Assembly: GCA_965219095.1 (NCBI GenBank)
Contig: CBDCMT010000001.1
Coordinates: 416,001 to 480,000, forward strand
From: Bdellovibrionales bacterium
GTDB taxonomy: Bacteria > Bdellovibrionota > Bdellovibrionia > Bdellovibrionales > UBA1609
Direction: 5' to 3'
DNA length: 64,000 nucleotides
Shown: one piece after another, positions 9,205 to 20,233 of the stretch
Numbering within the stretch: position 1 is the first letter of the stretch
Layout of the letters: each line of letters begins with the position of its first letter
Position numbers and translations under genes: made by a program
The notes under the pieces: generated by a model
Told to the model about the DNA's origin: nothing
The model's database searches: none
The model's input: the letters and a program-made list of their open reading frames with translations, nothing else

Positions 9205-12079
9205 TAGTGCTTCCGCTTAGGTTTTCCGTTTTTTTTTGAGTTGAGGTCTAGTTTTTATTCTAAGGCCTTGATAAAAAGTCATTTATTTTTAAAAATAGTT
9301 TCATATGTCAGGGTTTCTATCAAAAAAAGAGCGAAAAGATTTACTCTATGAACTATCTCTAGAGAAAAATCTTAAATACGCAAAAAGGATTATGACAATT
9401 CTCCATTTAGATAAAGGTAAGTTGTGTGAAAGATATTGCCTGCTTTCTTTTCATTGATGAGGGTACGATAAGAGCCTGTAGAGATCGTTATAACAAAGGT
9501 GGGATACCTAAATTCCCGACAAAAAATATACACTAGGATTTAAGTTCTGCTCAGAATCTGGAAAATTTCTTATTCCCCCTCGTAAAAAGTAGGATTTTAT
9601 AGAATTTTTAGAGATAAATACTCTTGCCTATGCTTAATCCTGATGTATAATATATACAGCAGGATTGCTAGGAGGATATGCGATGAGTTTCATTAGAAGA
9701 ATAAAAAAGAAGGATGGACAAGTTTATTTGGCTGAAGTTGAGAGCAAATGGATCAATGGGAAATCGGTTCAAAAGCATATTCGTTATATTGGAAAAGAGA
9801 TTAATGGAGAAGTTGTGCTTTCTCTCTCATCAAAAGATCTCCAAGTGGATGGAGTTAAGGTATATGGCCCCCTTTTACTATTCCATAGTATCTCAAAAAA
9901 AATTAAACTTCCAGAAATTTTAGGTGAATATTCTGATGAGATTCTCAGTATGATTTATGCCCACTGTATGGATTATAGAAGTGTACGTAATATGCCAAAA
10001 TGGTACGAGAGGACAGACTTAAATCTTCTTTTAGATTTAGGAAATCTAACGGAAGCTCGATTAGTTAAAGCAATGGATAGTATAAATGATGATCAAATAG
10101 AGATTTATCAAAGGTCTATTTTTAGCAACGTAAAAAAGATGTATAGGTTGGACTCTAAAGGAATAGTATATGATCTAACAAACACTTATTTTTATGGGAA
10201 GCATTGTGTTATGGGGAAAGTGGAAAGAAGTAAAGATGGGCGTCGACAAAATGATCTTATCCAAATAGCACTTGCAACGACTCAAAAGGACGGAATTCCA
10301 GTATTCCACAAAACCTTTGATGGAAATATCCATGACAGTAAAACTCTAGCGGACGTTTCCAATAATTTTTCTCAACACAGTCTTCAGTCTGGACTACTCA
10401 TCTATGATCGAGGCATAGTATCCGAGAAAAACATTGATTTCATAGGGGATTTAGGCTGGCACACGTTGTGTGGCTTGCCTATGCGAGAAAAAGAAAAAGC
10501 TATCATAAGACGAACTATAAAGAATGATTCTATAAATAATATTTCAAATATGGTGACAATTGGAGAAAGTATTTTTTACGTTAAAGGTATACCTCATTCA
10601 TTCGGATCGATTAAAGGAAAGCTTGTCATCTGCTATAATGAATCTAAAAAAACAGAAATCACAGAGTCAAGGAGGAAAAGGATTCTAAATGCTCAGGAGT
10701 TAATAAATAAAAATAAAAAAATTGAAGAAGGACTTAGAAAGCACTTGACTCCCAGGGGAAGAATAAGAACTGATGTGTTAAAGAAAGATGAGGAGCTTGA
10801 TGGATACTCGTGTATATTTTCTACGAAGAAGATCTCCGACAAAGAAATGGTGAGATTGTATTTTGACAAAGAGATCATTGAAAGAGCTTTCAAAACTTTA
10901 AAAGGTATTTCAAATGTACGCCCTATTAGATTTTGGTTAAATAAGAGAGTCAAGTCACATGTTTTTATCTGCTATTTATCTTATTTCATATTATCTATCC
11001 TTAAACTAAATCTAAAATCTAAGGGCATAAATATGTCGCCAGAAAAAGCAATTGAAAACTTAGAAACTATGTACAACGTTTATCTATCAGATAACCGTAA
11101 AAAACATAAATTTACTAGAACCGTAACTCTTAACAAAACTCAAGAACAGATATTGAAATCGGTGGACCCAAAAATTTTAAAGAATCACATAATGCTTTCT
11201 TGAAAACCTAGTGTATACTTTTGGCCAAAAATTTAGGGGGATAGAGTGCTTAATCAACGACAATTACAACCCTAAAAGGTCCTTTTAACTAAGAAAGAGG
11301 AGAAAGTGCTTTTAAAGGAATTAGAGAAAAGAATTTTTCCATCATCACAGGCCCTTATTCAGTTCATTGAGGAGAATTTTGGTGTTACGTACTCAACAAG
11401 TGGTGTAATTGATCTTCTCCATCGCCTTGGTTTTTCTTATAAAAAAGCCACAGCGATACCGGGTAAGGCAAAGAGAGAAGAGCAGAAAAAGTTTGTGCGT
11501 AAATACAAGAGAATTAAGAAGAAGGGTGGTCTTGTTTACTTTGCTGATTCCACACATCCTGAGTGGGGCCCTACGATTTCATATGGTTGGATAAGAGAGG
11601 GTAAGAAGTTTGAAGTGAAGACCAATTCAGGCTGGAGAAAAAGAGTGAATGTTTGTGGAGCTATTGAGATCAATAGTTTGAAGACGGTAGTCAGGAGTCA
11701 TAAGACAGTTAACGAAGTTTTTCTATATGATATGCTCTATCATATTCATTAAGAAGTATTCCGATGAAAAAGAGATTCATCTTATCTTAGATGGGGCCGG
11801 ATACAATAGATCGAAGTCTGTCAAGAAGTTCGCGAAAGAGTTGAATATAAAACTTGTTTATCTTCCTCCGTACTCACCGAATTTAAATCCTATAGAAAGG
11901 CTTTGGAAGTTTATGAAAAAAGAGGTCACGGCGAATCGATATTATGAAAACTATGACGATTTCAAGGGAAGTTTAAGTCAATTTTTTAGAGGAATACGAA
12001 AACACAGATCTAAATTAGAAACTTTGATAACTGATAACTTCTCTATCTTAGGAAACTGAAAACCTAAACAGAAGCACTA
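9205..12079 (+). mobile_element. IS630-family element (type A), interrupted by an IS1634-like element and frameshifted
   Basis: tagtgcttc...gaagcacta termini flanked by TA; YFADS, LILDGAGY, LPPYSPNLNPIERLW in ORFs at 11306-12059. Confidence 0.9.
9507..11237 (+). mobile_element. IS1634-like element; transposase about 9683-11203
   Basis: cctaaatt...aatttagg termini, 6-bp duplication gggata; YDLTNTYF, IYDRG, IERAFKTLK, RPIRFW. Confidence 0.88.
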
Positions 12080-12081
12080 TA

Positions 12082-12151
12082 TAGTGCTTCTGTTTAGGTT
12101 TTCAGGTTTTTTCTCTAGAGAATCGACCGGAAAATTTAAGCGTATTCACTA
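12082..12151. mobile_element. 70-bp IS630-derived MITE, second copy
   Basis: Reverse complement of 6336-6404, TA-flanked. Confidence 0.8.
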
Positions 12152-12154
12152 TAT

Positions 12155-12886
12155 ATGAATATGAGCAAGAATGAAAAGCCTAAAAACGACAATCACAAGG
12201 CTCTTTCAAGAGCGAAGAATCAGATAAAGCTTCTTAGAAACACAATTTGTCGTCAATCCATAGAGCTTAAGAAAGCACAAAAAGAAATAAAATGTTTAGA
12301 AGAAGATTACAAGCATTTAGAAGAAGAGTGCAAGCGTTTAGAAGAAGAGCGTGAGCGTTTAGAAGAAGAGCGCAAGCGTTTAAAAAAAGATAATGAACAT
12401 TTTAAAAAAGAAAATGAGAAACTAAAAGAGGAGCTTCAATCAATTGTTTTCTGTGCTGTGGAGCCTAAGAGAGGTTTTTATATGAATAAGGTAACAGAGA
12501 GAAGGATAGGTCCGGATTTTGCTAAGTTTTTATCTTCTGTTGAGAGACATTATTCTGATTCCAAGAAGATTGTTCTAGTTATGGATAATTTGAACACTCA
12601 TAGAAAAAAAAGTCTTACTGATTTTTATGGAAAAGATCGAGGTTTGCATCTATGGTCTCGCTTTGAGGTTCATTATACTCCGAGTCATGGAAGTTGGTTA
12701 AATCAAGCAGAAATTGCAATCAATATGTACTCTCGTCAATGTTTAGGAAAATCAAGAATACCTGACATAGAAACTTTAAGAAAAAGAACCAAGGCTTGGG
12801 TGAATATTATGAACAGACGGAAGATTATAATAAAATGGAATTTTTCAAGAAAATCAGCCAGAGAAAAGTTCCATTATAAAAAATGA
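12155..12886 (+). pseudogene. Chimeric ORF: coiled-coil N-terminus fused to the C-terminal DDE half of an IS630 transposase
   Basis: LVMDNLNTH, YTPSHGSWLNQAE; IS630-like end ...ggtcagaacacta near 13161. Confidence 0.7.
12290..12394 (+). repeat. About 5 imperfect 21-bp tandem repeats encoding KRLEEER heptads
   Basis: aagcgtttagaagaagagcgN units read directly. Confidence 0.85.
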
Positions 12887-13182
12887 GACGAGCCTGTAAG
12901 AGCCTGTAAACTAAATTGTATATAAACATTAGAAAATCATATCTTTCCAATGAATTTGATACACTCTTTACCCATACTTAAAAGTTATAAATTTCTAGAA
13001 GTAAAAATCCAAACTTATACATGAAAATGTAGAATTAACTTTTGGAATTGGTATAACTCTAAACATTTCACTTTTATTCTTTTTAATATAAAAATAATTT
13101 AATAAAATGACCTGGATTAAAGGCTTGAAAATTGTGAAAAAATTTACTGGTCAGAACACTAGTGAATTGCAGTTAGGACTTC

Positions 13183-13569
13183 TTAAAAATTAGGAATAAG
13201 ATCTAAAAAACACTGCCTCCAATACACAGGAGTTTTTGATGAGAACTTTAAGACCAACTCAAAAGTTTTTTGATCCACTCGGGAAGCTCGAATGACAATA
13301 CCATCTAAATTTAAGTTCATATCAGATAAAAACAAGTTTAGATGCTCTCCTACGAGATTATCTAAACTCAAACGCTGTCTTAAATCAACACGTACAAGAT
13401 CGTCTCTTGAAATACGAATACAAAAAGCAGTTAAACTTATATTTAACAACGTCCCATATTGAGCGATCACGCTCTTATCATAGAGACTTGTAATTTCTTG
13501 AGCTTCCATCCCTTCAACACATTTTCTAGGCTCTCTTCTATCTACAAAGTCTAACTTCCTAGCTGTCAT
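13183..13569 (-). CDS. PilZ-like domain protein
   Basis: RREPR and NISLTAFC resemble the PilZ RxxxR and D/NxSxxG motifs; ATG at 13569. Confidence 0.55.
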   Translation of the reverse strand: MTARKLDFVDRREPRKCVEGMEAQEITSLYDKSVIAQYGTLLNISLTAFCIRISRDDLVRVDLRQRLSLDNLVGEHLNLFLSDMNLNLDGIVIRASRVDQKTFELVLKFSSKTPVYWRQCFLDLIPNF

Positions 13570-13682
13570 ACAAATACCTCTTTTATTTCTTACTATCTTT
13601 ATCGTCATAAAAAAGAAAAACATTAAAGATTTTTAAAAAATACATGTAAGTTTAAAAGCATTTTATTTTGAAATAAAGGGTG

Positions 13683-14582
13683 TTAAAAAATGAGCCATCT
13701 GTCTAAAACAGGAGCTGCCACAAATACAATTAAGCTCATATTGATCCACATAAAAAACTTTTTCCAATGATTAAAATCATTTTGGCTCATAGTAAGACGG
13801 ATCTCTTTTTTAAAGTACTTTAAAAATTCATAACCTGTCTTTAAAGCCATAGGAACCACTAAAACCAAATACACTATATGTGCTGAAACAAAAAGAGGTG
13901 AAAGAAGAACTAAAAAAAGATAAAAAAACAAATAAACTCCCATATGAAATAAAGTCTTAGCAGGATTTAATTTTAAAGGTAATACAGGGATCCCGCCCTT
14001 TTGATAGTCGTCTTTAAAACGTAAGGCAAGCGACCAAAAATGAGGCATCTGCCAAAAAAACAGAATACAAAAAAGGTAAAAGGCTTCAAGAGTTAAAACA
14101 TTTTGAGGTGAGGTGGCTCCATAGCCCATCAAAACAGGAGAGGCTCCAGGCAAAGCCCCAGGAACAGCTCCAAAAGCCCATTTCTTCTTCCAAAAAAAAG
14201 TATAAAAACCATTGTAAAGAATAATAGTGGAAAAACCGATAAAGAAAGAAGTAGAGCTAGCTAAATAAATAAAAAATAAACCTGAAGTCATAAAGAATAT
14301 ACTTAACAAGACTCCTTGTAACAAAGTAACTTGCTTTTGAACCAATGGTCTTTTCTGTGTTCTTTTCATTTTTCTGTCAAGCTCTCTTTCTTGAACTTGA
14401 TTGAAAGCAAAACTTCCTGAACTCAAAAAATAAGCTCCCATAAGAAATAAAGTTAAATGCAAAAAATCTATCTTTTCGTAAACACTTAAGCCTAAAAGAT
14501 AGCCGCAAAGAGAGGCAAAGAGAACAAAAAATACAATCCCTATTTTAGTAAGATTCAAGTAAGCCTTAAAAATTTGTTTCAT
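13683..14582 (-). CDS. ctaB: Protoheme IX farnesyltransferase (heme O synthase)
   Basis: DRKMKRTQKRPL, GAVPGALP, FFWQMPHFWSLA; start placed at MKQIFK. Confidence 0.93.
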   Translation of the reverse strand: MKQIFKAYLNLTKIGIVFFVLFASLCGYLLGLSVYEKIDFLHLTLFLMGAYFLSSGSFAFNQVQERELDRKMKRTQKRPLVQKQVTLLQGVLLSIFFMTSGLFFIYLASSTSFFIGFSTIILYNGFYTFFWKKKWAFGAVPGALPGASPVLMGYGATSPQNVLTLEAFYLFCILFFWQMPHFWSLALRFKDDYQKGGIPVLPLKLNPAKTLFHMGVYLFFYLFLVLLSPLFVSAHIVYLVLVVPMALKTGYEFLKYFKKEIRLTMSQNDFNHWKKFFMWINMSLIVFVAAPVLDRWLIF

Positions 14583-14584
14583 AT

Positions 14585-14890
14585 TTATAAAGTACTTGTT
14601 TGAAACACTCTGGTAACAATATCTACATAGCTCAAAAGAAAAAGTAAAATGACAAAGGCTACAGAAGAGAGAAGACAAACTGTGAAGAGCCTATCACTGT
14701 ATTTAAGACCCATAAAAAAAGCTCCTACAAGACCAGCTTTTAAACTTGCTACTCCAATGGCAATAAATGTATTTAAAAATCCAAAATCATATTGAGCCAC
14801 CCCTACAGTGATCACAGTTAAAACTAAAAGAGCTATAAACACTTGTAAAAGAATTTTCATCGGTATAATGTAATGTTGAGTTTGATTCAT
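14585..14890 (-). CDS. Cytochrome c oxidase subunit IV (caa3-type)
   Basis: Three TM segments, KAGLVGAFFMGLKY; operon position. Confidence 0.85.
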   Translation of the reverse strand: MNQTQHYIIPMKILLQVFIALLVLTVITVGVAQYDFGFLNTFIAIGVASLKAGLVGAFFMGLKYSDRLFTVCLLSSVAFVILLFLLSYVDIVTRVFQTSTL

Positions 14891-14912
14891 AAAATTTCTC
14901 CTTTTCTAATTC

Positions 14913-15560
14913 TTAACCAATCAAATAAAGTAGAGGAAACAAGTAAATCCAAATCAAATCAACCAAATGCCAAAAAAGCCCCACTCCCTCAACAGCTGTA
15001 TAGTAGTGTACGTGAAACTCCCCTCTCATATTACGTACAAGAACCCAAGCTATAAGCCCCATACCCATAAGCACATGAAGTCCATGAAGACCTGTCATAC
15101 AAAAATAAAAAGAAAAATAAAGAGCTAAGTTAGAGTGTTGAGCTCCTGTGTAGGTAAAAAGCTCTCCTGGAAAAAGCCCCATATGAAACTTATGACTGTA
15201 CTCAAAGTACTTAACTAATATGAACAAAAAACCGCAAAACAAGGTCACCATCAAACTCAGGGATGCTTTTTTGATTTTATTTTTTTGAATGAAGTGAATG
15301 CTCATAGCCATGGTAAGAGAACTAAAAAGCAAAACCACAGTGTTCAAAGCTCCTAACTTCCAGTCTAAAAACTTTGCCCCCTCAGCAAACATATCAGAAT
15401 ACATGTTATGATAAATTACATAAGCAACAAACAAGCCTCCAAACATCAGAACTTCAGTAGCCAAAAAAACCCATACTCCTAAAAGGCTTGCTTGAAACTC
15501 ATGCTCTCCATCCCTATAGTGATGAGCAGGTTTATGTGATGTATTTGTTGCTGAACTCAT
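14913..15560 (-). CDS. coxC: Cytochrome c oxidase subunit III
   Basis: WVFLATEVLMFGGLF, TGLHGLHV, FWHLVDLIW. Confidence 0.95.
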   Translation of the reverse strand: MSSATNTSHKPAHHYRDGEHEFQASLLGVWVFLATEVLMFGGLFVAYVIYHNMYSDMFAEGAKFLDWKLGALNTVVLLFSSLTMAMSIHFIQKNKIKKASLSLMVTLFCGFLFILVKYFEYSHKFHMGLFPGELFTYTGAQHSNLALYFSFYFCMTGLHGLHVLMGMGLIAWVLVRNMRGEFHVHYYTAVEGVGLFWHLVDLIWIYLFPLLYLIG

Positions 15561-15588
15561 AGGTCTTCTCCTCTAAACTCTTGTCTCA

Positions 15589-17169
15589 TTACTTATACTC
15601 ATAAGGCCCTGCCTTCACCTCTGGTGTTTTATCAAAGTTTTCATGAGGAGGCGGAGAAAGGGTTGTCCATTCTAAAGTTTTTGCTCCCCAAGGGTTCTTA
15701 GAAGCTTTAGGCCCTCTTAAAAGGCCATGAACAACAACCCATAAAGCCATAAAAAAACCTATGTTAATTAACAAGGAGCCATAGGTTGAAACCTTGTGAA
15801 GATGTTCATAAACAGGAAGGTAGTCAAAATAACGTCGAGGCATGCCCATGTTACCTAAGATAAACTGAGGAAAGAAAGTCACATTAAAGCCTACAAAAAT
15901 GAACAAAAAACTCATAGAAGCCCAAAAATCATTGTACATTTTGCCAAACATTTTAGGAAACCAATAATAAATCCCTCCCATAATTGCCATAAGAGTTCCC
16001 CCTACCATAACATAATGAAAGTGAGCCACTACAAAATAAGTGTCATGAAAGTGAACATCTAAACCTAAAGTGGCTAACATAATTCCTGTCACACCCCCTA
16101 TCGTAAAAAGAAACAAAAATCCAAGAGCAAACAACATAGGAGATTGAAAAGAAATGGATCCCTTATAAAGGGTGGCCACCCAGTTAAACACTTTAATCGC
16201 TGTGGGTACTCCTACAAGCATAGTAAGAAAAGAGAATAAAACTCCTGCAAACTCTGACTGACCACTCACAAACATATGATGTCCCCAAACTAAAAAACTC
16301 ACTCCTGCAATTCCTAAACTAGAAAAAGCAATGGCCTTATAACCAAAAATAGTTTTACGAGAAAAAGCTGTAATCAATTCACTGATAACTCCCATAGCAG
16401 GCAAAATCATAATATAAACAGCTGGATGAGAGTAAAACCAAAAAAAGTGTTGAAACAAAACAGGATCTCCTCCTAATTTAGGGTCAAAAAAACCAATCCC
16501 TATAAATCTCTCCATAGCTAAAAGTAAGAGTGTAATGGCTAAAACAGGAGTCGCTAAGATCTGAATGATCGCTGTAGCATAAAGTCCCCAAGCAAAAAGA
16601 GGCATTCTAAAAAAACTCATACCCTTACAACGTAATTTATGAATGGTAACAATAAAGTTAAGACCTGTTAAGATCGAAGAAAATCCTACAACGAAAGCTC
16701 CTAAAACAACCCAAGTCGTACCATTAGCTGTTTCAATACTATAAGGTGTATAAAAGGTCCAACCTGTATCCACTCCATTGTAAAGTAAAGAAACTAAAAT
16801 AATACAAGCTCCTGCAATAAGACAGTACCAACTGAAAAGATTCAATCGAGGAAAGGCTACGTCTTTAGCTCCTAAATGAAGAGGCAAAATAAAGTTTCCT
16901 AAAAAAGCAGGAATCCCAGGTATGATCACTAAAAAAACCATAATCGCTCCATGCAAAGTCATTACTTGATTATACGCAGCCCCTGTTTCAAAAACTGTAG
17001 GTCCCGGAGCTATAAGATGAAGCCTTAAAAGTATGGCAAAAACTCCACCTACAAAAAAGAAAGTTAAAACAGTGATCATATAAAGAATGCCAATTCTTTT
17101 ATGATCTAAAGTCGTAAGCCAAGACCAAAGCCCTTTTTCACAATTTAAATAATTCTTACCTTCACTCAT
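15589..17169 (-). CDS. coxA: Cytochrome c oxidase subunit I, A2 subtype
   Basis: DHKRIG, YSHPAVY (A2 YS motif), [18 protein letters not shown]. Confidence 0.97.
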   Translation of the reverse strand: MSEGKNYLNCEKGLWSWLTTLDHKRIGILYMITVLTFFFVGGVFAILLRLHLIAPGPTVFETGAAYNQVMTLHGAIMVFLVIIPGIPAFLGNFILPLHLGAKDVAFPRLNLFSWYCLIAGACIILVSLLYNGVDTGWTFYTPYSIETANGTTWVVLGAFVVGFSSILTGLNFIVTIHKLRCKGMSFFRMPLFAWGLYATAIIQILATPVLAITLLLLAMERFIGIGFFDPKLGGDPVLFQHFFWFYSHPAVYIMILPAMGVISELITAFSRKTIFGYKAIAFSSLGIAGVSFLVWGHHMFVSGQSEFAGVLFSFLTMLVGVPTAIKVFNWVATLYKGSISFQSPMLFALGFLFLFTIGGVTGIMLATLGLDVHFHDTYFVVAHFHYVMVGGTLMAIMGGIYYWFPKMFGKMYNDFWASMSFLFIFVGFNVTFFPQFILGNMGMPRRYFDYLPVYEHLHKVSTYGSLLINIGFFMALWVVVHGLLRGPKASKNPWGAKTLEWTTLSPPPHENFDKTPEVKAGPYEYK

Positions 17170-17179
17170 ACTGATTTCC

Positions 17180-18160
17180 TTATTTCAATGTTTTAATATA
17201 CTCTATTAATCCTAAAACTTCCTCTTCTGATAACTGCCCTTGAAATGTAGGCATCATACCTTTTTGAAACCCTTTGACTATTTGTCCATTAGGGTTTAAA
17301 AGAGAGCTTCGTATGTAGTTCTCATCAGCCAAAGCTTTCGAGCCGTCAGTAAACTCACGAACAGATCTAAATAAACCTCTTAACCCTGGGCCTATTTTCT
17401 TCACATCACTTGTATTATGGCAAACCAAACATTTACCAGAAAATACTTTCTCTCCTATTTGAGCTACACTCAAACCCTTGTAAGGATCAGAACTTAACCA
17501 TTGATCAAAGTCCTCTCTTGAAAGAACATGCAGTTTAGCTAACATACTAGAATGTTGATCCCCACAGTACTCAGCACAAAACACTTGAAACATACCTTCT
17601 TTTTCGGCTTTAAACCCCAAAGCAGTGTATTGTCCGGGTACAACGTCCTGTTTGATTCTTAGAGCTGGAATAAAAAAACTATGAATGACATCTTTTGATG
17701 TCATAATAAGTTTCACAGGCTGATTCACAGGAACATAAAGATCAGCTGTTGTTTTTCTCCCGCTTTTATACTGAAACTCCCAATACCACTTCTGTCCTAA
17801 CACATGAATTTCAAAAGAGTCTTTAGAAAAGGTACGCATTTCATAATAAACCCAACAGCCCCAGACAAAAATAAGAAGAAAAAACAAAAGAGGAATAAAG
17901 CTCCACAAAAATTCAAGTAAGTTATTGTGAGTGATGTAAGCTGTTTTTTGGTTTTCATTTTCTCTTTTGTACTTAAAAGCAAAGTAAATAAAACCACCTA
18001 TCACAAGTAAAGATGCTACAGCACTTACAATAATAAGGAAGGAATAAAGGGTGTCAAAATGCCTTGCTGTCTCACTGAGAGCCAAAGGAGAAAGCTTTGT
18101 TCCTGCATGAACTCTCATATGAAAACAAAAAACCAACAACAGTGAAAAAAAATTTCCCAT
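17180..18160 (-). CDS. coxB: Cytochrome c oxidase subunit II with C-terminal cytochrome c
   Basis: DVIHSF, CuA site [17 protein letters not shown]. Confidence 0.95.
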   Translation of the reverse strand: MGNFFSLLLVFCFHMRVHAGTKLSPLALSETARHFDTLYSFLIIVSAVASLLVIGGFIYFAFKYKRENENQKTAYITHNNLLEFLWSFIPLLFFLLIFVWGCWVYYEMRTFSKDSFEIHVLGQKWYWEFQYKSGRKTTADLYVPVNQPVKLIMTSKDVIHSFFIPALRIKQDVVPGQYTALGFKAEKEGMFQVFCAEYCGDQHSSMLAKLHVLSREDFDQWLSSDPYKGLSVAQIGEKVFSGKCLVCHNTSDVKKIGPGLRGLFRSVREFTDGSKALADENYIRSSLLNPNGQIVKGFQKGMMPTFQGQLSEEEVLGLIEYIKTLK

Positions 18161-18173
18161 TAAAACATTACTT

Positions 18174-18989
18174 TCAAACTCTCAAATTTTTAATCCAAAA
18201 GGGTACGAAAAAAATTAACATTATAAATACCATCAAAGCACCACCTAATCTCATAATGTTATATGCATACAAAGTGTACTTGTTTTTTGCAGGATTGAAT
18301 TGAAAACAAAATAAAATAAGCCTATCAATAAAGCTTCCCACTTTTCCCTCTCCTGCTTCTGTAAGGGCTAGTTTCAAATCCCTCCAATTCCAAGACAAAC
18401 CATAAAGATAGCTTGAAATCTTAGCCTCTGAAGTCATCAAATAAGCTAAAGCAGGATGAGCGTACTGACGACTGGCTTCATCCCATCGAAATTCAAAACC
18501 TAACTGTTCTGTAATTTTTCGTATGTTTTCTTTCGTTGCTGTTAGAAAATACCAATTTTTTTCAACTCCCTTACGATTGAATTTTTTTAACAAAGCCTGC
18601 TTTTTACTCAAAGCCTTTTTAGGACCTTCTCTATGATCCATACTTAAAGCTAAAAATTTAAAATCCCTTCCAGCAATCCAGTTTTGAGGTAAAGCCTTAA
18701 AACCATCCACAAGACCGTCTATGTGAAGAGGACACAAATTAGGACATTCATAATAAATCACTGTCATAAGAACAGGTAAAGAACCTGAAAAAAAATCTCC
18801 TAAGGTTTTAGTATAACCTTGAGAATCTTTCACTTCAATAGACAAATCTAGTACGTTACCTAAACGTTCTTTTACTTCTAAACCTTCTAATTCTCTTACC
18901 TTTTCATGAGAAGCTTTGTTATACTGAGTCTCATAGGCCTTCAGAGTCAAACAACAAAACAAAAGAAAAAAAACAAGGCACTTTTTCAT
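18174..18989 (-). CDS. SCO1/SenC copper chaperone
   Basis: YYECPNLC and YAHP. Confidence 0.9.
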   Translation of the reverse strand: MKKCLVFFLLFCCLTLKAYETQYNKASHEKVRELEGLEVKERLGNVLDLSIEVKDSQGYTKTLGDFFSGSLPVLMTVIYYECPNLCPLHIDGLVDGFKALPQNWIAGRDFKFLALSMDHREGPKKALSKKQALLKKFNRKGVEKNWYFLTATKENIRKITEQLGFEFRWDEASRQYAHPALAYLMTSEAKISSYLYGLSWNWRDLKLALTEAGEGKVGSFIDRLILFCFQFNPAKNKYTLYAYNIMRLGGALMVFIMLIFFVPFWIKNLRV

Positions 18990-19501
18990 TTTGACTGAGG
19001 TCCAAAAGTTTCTAGTTGAGCTGTGTCTTTAACTTTATTTTTTGTAATGGAACGAATGAAATGCACCAAAGCCCAACGATCGACAAGGGATAGGTGTTGA
19101 AAGGCGGCCATAGAGGTTTTTGGAATTCCTTTAGTTACACTTTGAAAAAGAGCAATAGAACTACCCCCCAACCTCCAATCACCTTTAATCAGATCACGAA
19201 CCTTAAGACCTTGAGAGGCCGGACCATCACCTCTTCCTCCCGCTCCATGGCATACAGCACAGTTATTCCCATAAACTATTTTTCCGTGAGCTATCAACGC
19301 CTCCGATGAAATCCAATAGTTTTTGAGGTTTTTCACATCTACTTTTATTGCTTTTTTAGACTCTGTATCAGTTTCCAGAACAGAAGCTTCTTTCACAAGA
19401 TCTAAACCCTCAACCCCCGAATCAAAAAATGAAAGATAGCCCAAACATAAAAAAGAAAGAGCCATAGATAGAGTAAAAATGCATTTTGAGGTGTTGTTCA
19501 T
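18986..19501 (-). CDS. Membrane-anchored c-type cytochrome
   Basis: CAVCHG and GIPKTSMAAF. Confidence 0.88.
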   Translation of the reverse strand: MNNTSKCIFTLSMALSFLCLGYLSFFDSGVEGLDLVKEASVLETDTESKKAIKVDVKNLKNYWISSEALIAHGKIVYGNNCAVCHGAGGRGDGPASQGLKVRDLIKGDWRLGGSSIALFQSVTKGIPKTSMAAFQHLSLVDRWALVHFIRSITKNKVKDTAQLETFGPQSK

Positions 19502-19662
19502 GGTCAGTAATCTAAGCTCACTTTATACTACTTTCTTATACTACTTTCAAAAAACAAAGACAAGAATACGAAAGAAAGTCCTTTTATAATGCAGGGCATC
19601 TTTTCTCTTAAATTCTCCTAAGAATTTAAAAAGCTTCAGTACCAAAAATTCACTTTTGAACT

Positions 19663-20233
19663 AAAACCATAACAAGCAGAAAAGTAAAGAGAGGCTCTTT
19701 GATTGCTTTCTAGCTTAAAAAGGTTTCTTAAATTCAAAAAAATTTACAATCCCGACTTCAGCGTTTTCCACTACTAAAACTTCATAAAAGTGTGCGAGCT
19801 ATGTTTAGAACAGAGTTCGGGGGTATTTTTCCAGAAAGTGCATTTGTAGTGTCAGAAATCTTTTTTTGAGGTCTTTTCAAGGCTGGAAATTTCTTTTAAC
19901 ATTTAAATATGTTTGTAAAAAAGATTCCAAGAAAGAATAGTTCTATTTCAGTTCAGATTGTAGAGAACAAGAGAGTGCAGAATAAAGTCATCCAAAAAAC
20001 CATTCAACATTTGGGGCAATATACAGTTTTAACCCCCTAAAATCATATAAAAATCCTATAAGGCACCGTTTAAAATGTAGTGATCACGGTTTTGCGTAAC
20101 TACTTGAAATCATTAGATTCTTGAAAAGAAAACGCTGAAGTCGGGAAAACCATAACAAGCAGAAAAGTAAAGAGAGGCTCTTTGATTGCTTTCTAGCTTA
20201 AAAAGGTTTCTTAAATTCAAAAAAATTTACAAT
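19663..20233 (+). repeat. 88-bp direct repeat (19663-19750 and 20146-20233) flanking a mini-IS
   Basis: Identical aaaaccataacaagc...aatttacaat on both sides. Confidence 0.92.
19751..20145 (+). mobile_element. Non-autonomous IS1634/IS1549-like derivative, 395 bp
   Basis: 17-bp TIR cccgacttcagcgtttt; internal MFVKKIPRKNSSISVQIVENKRVQNKVIQKTIQHLG from 19909. Confidence 0.82.

Noticed and set aside
12290..12394. Possible CRISPR array
   Set aside because: The units are contiguous, have no spacers and encode coiled-coil heptads.
12889..13056. gagcctgtaaactaaa shared with 26810, and a diverged IS630-C-like end near 13021-13053
   Set aside because: Probably more IS debris; boundaries could not be defined.
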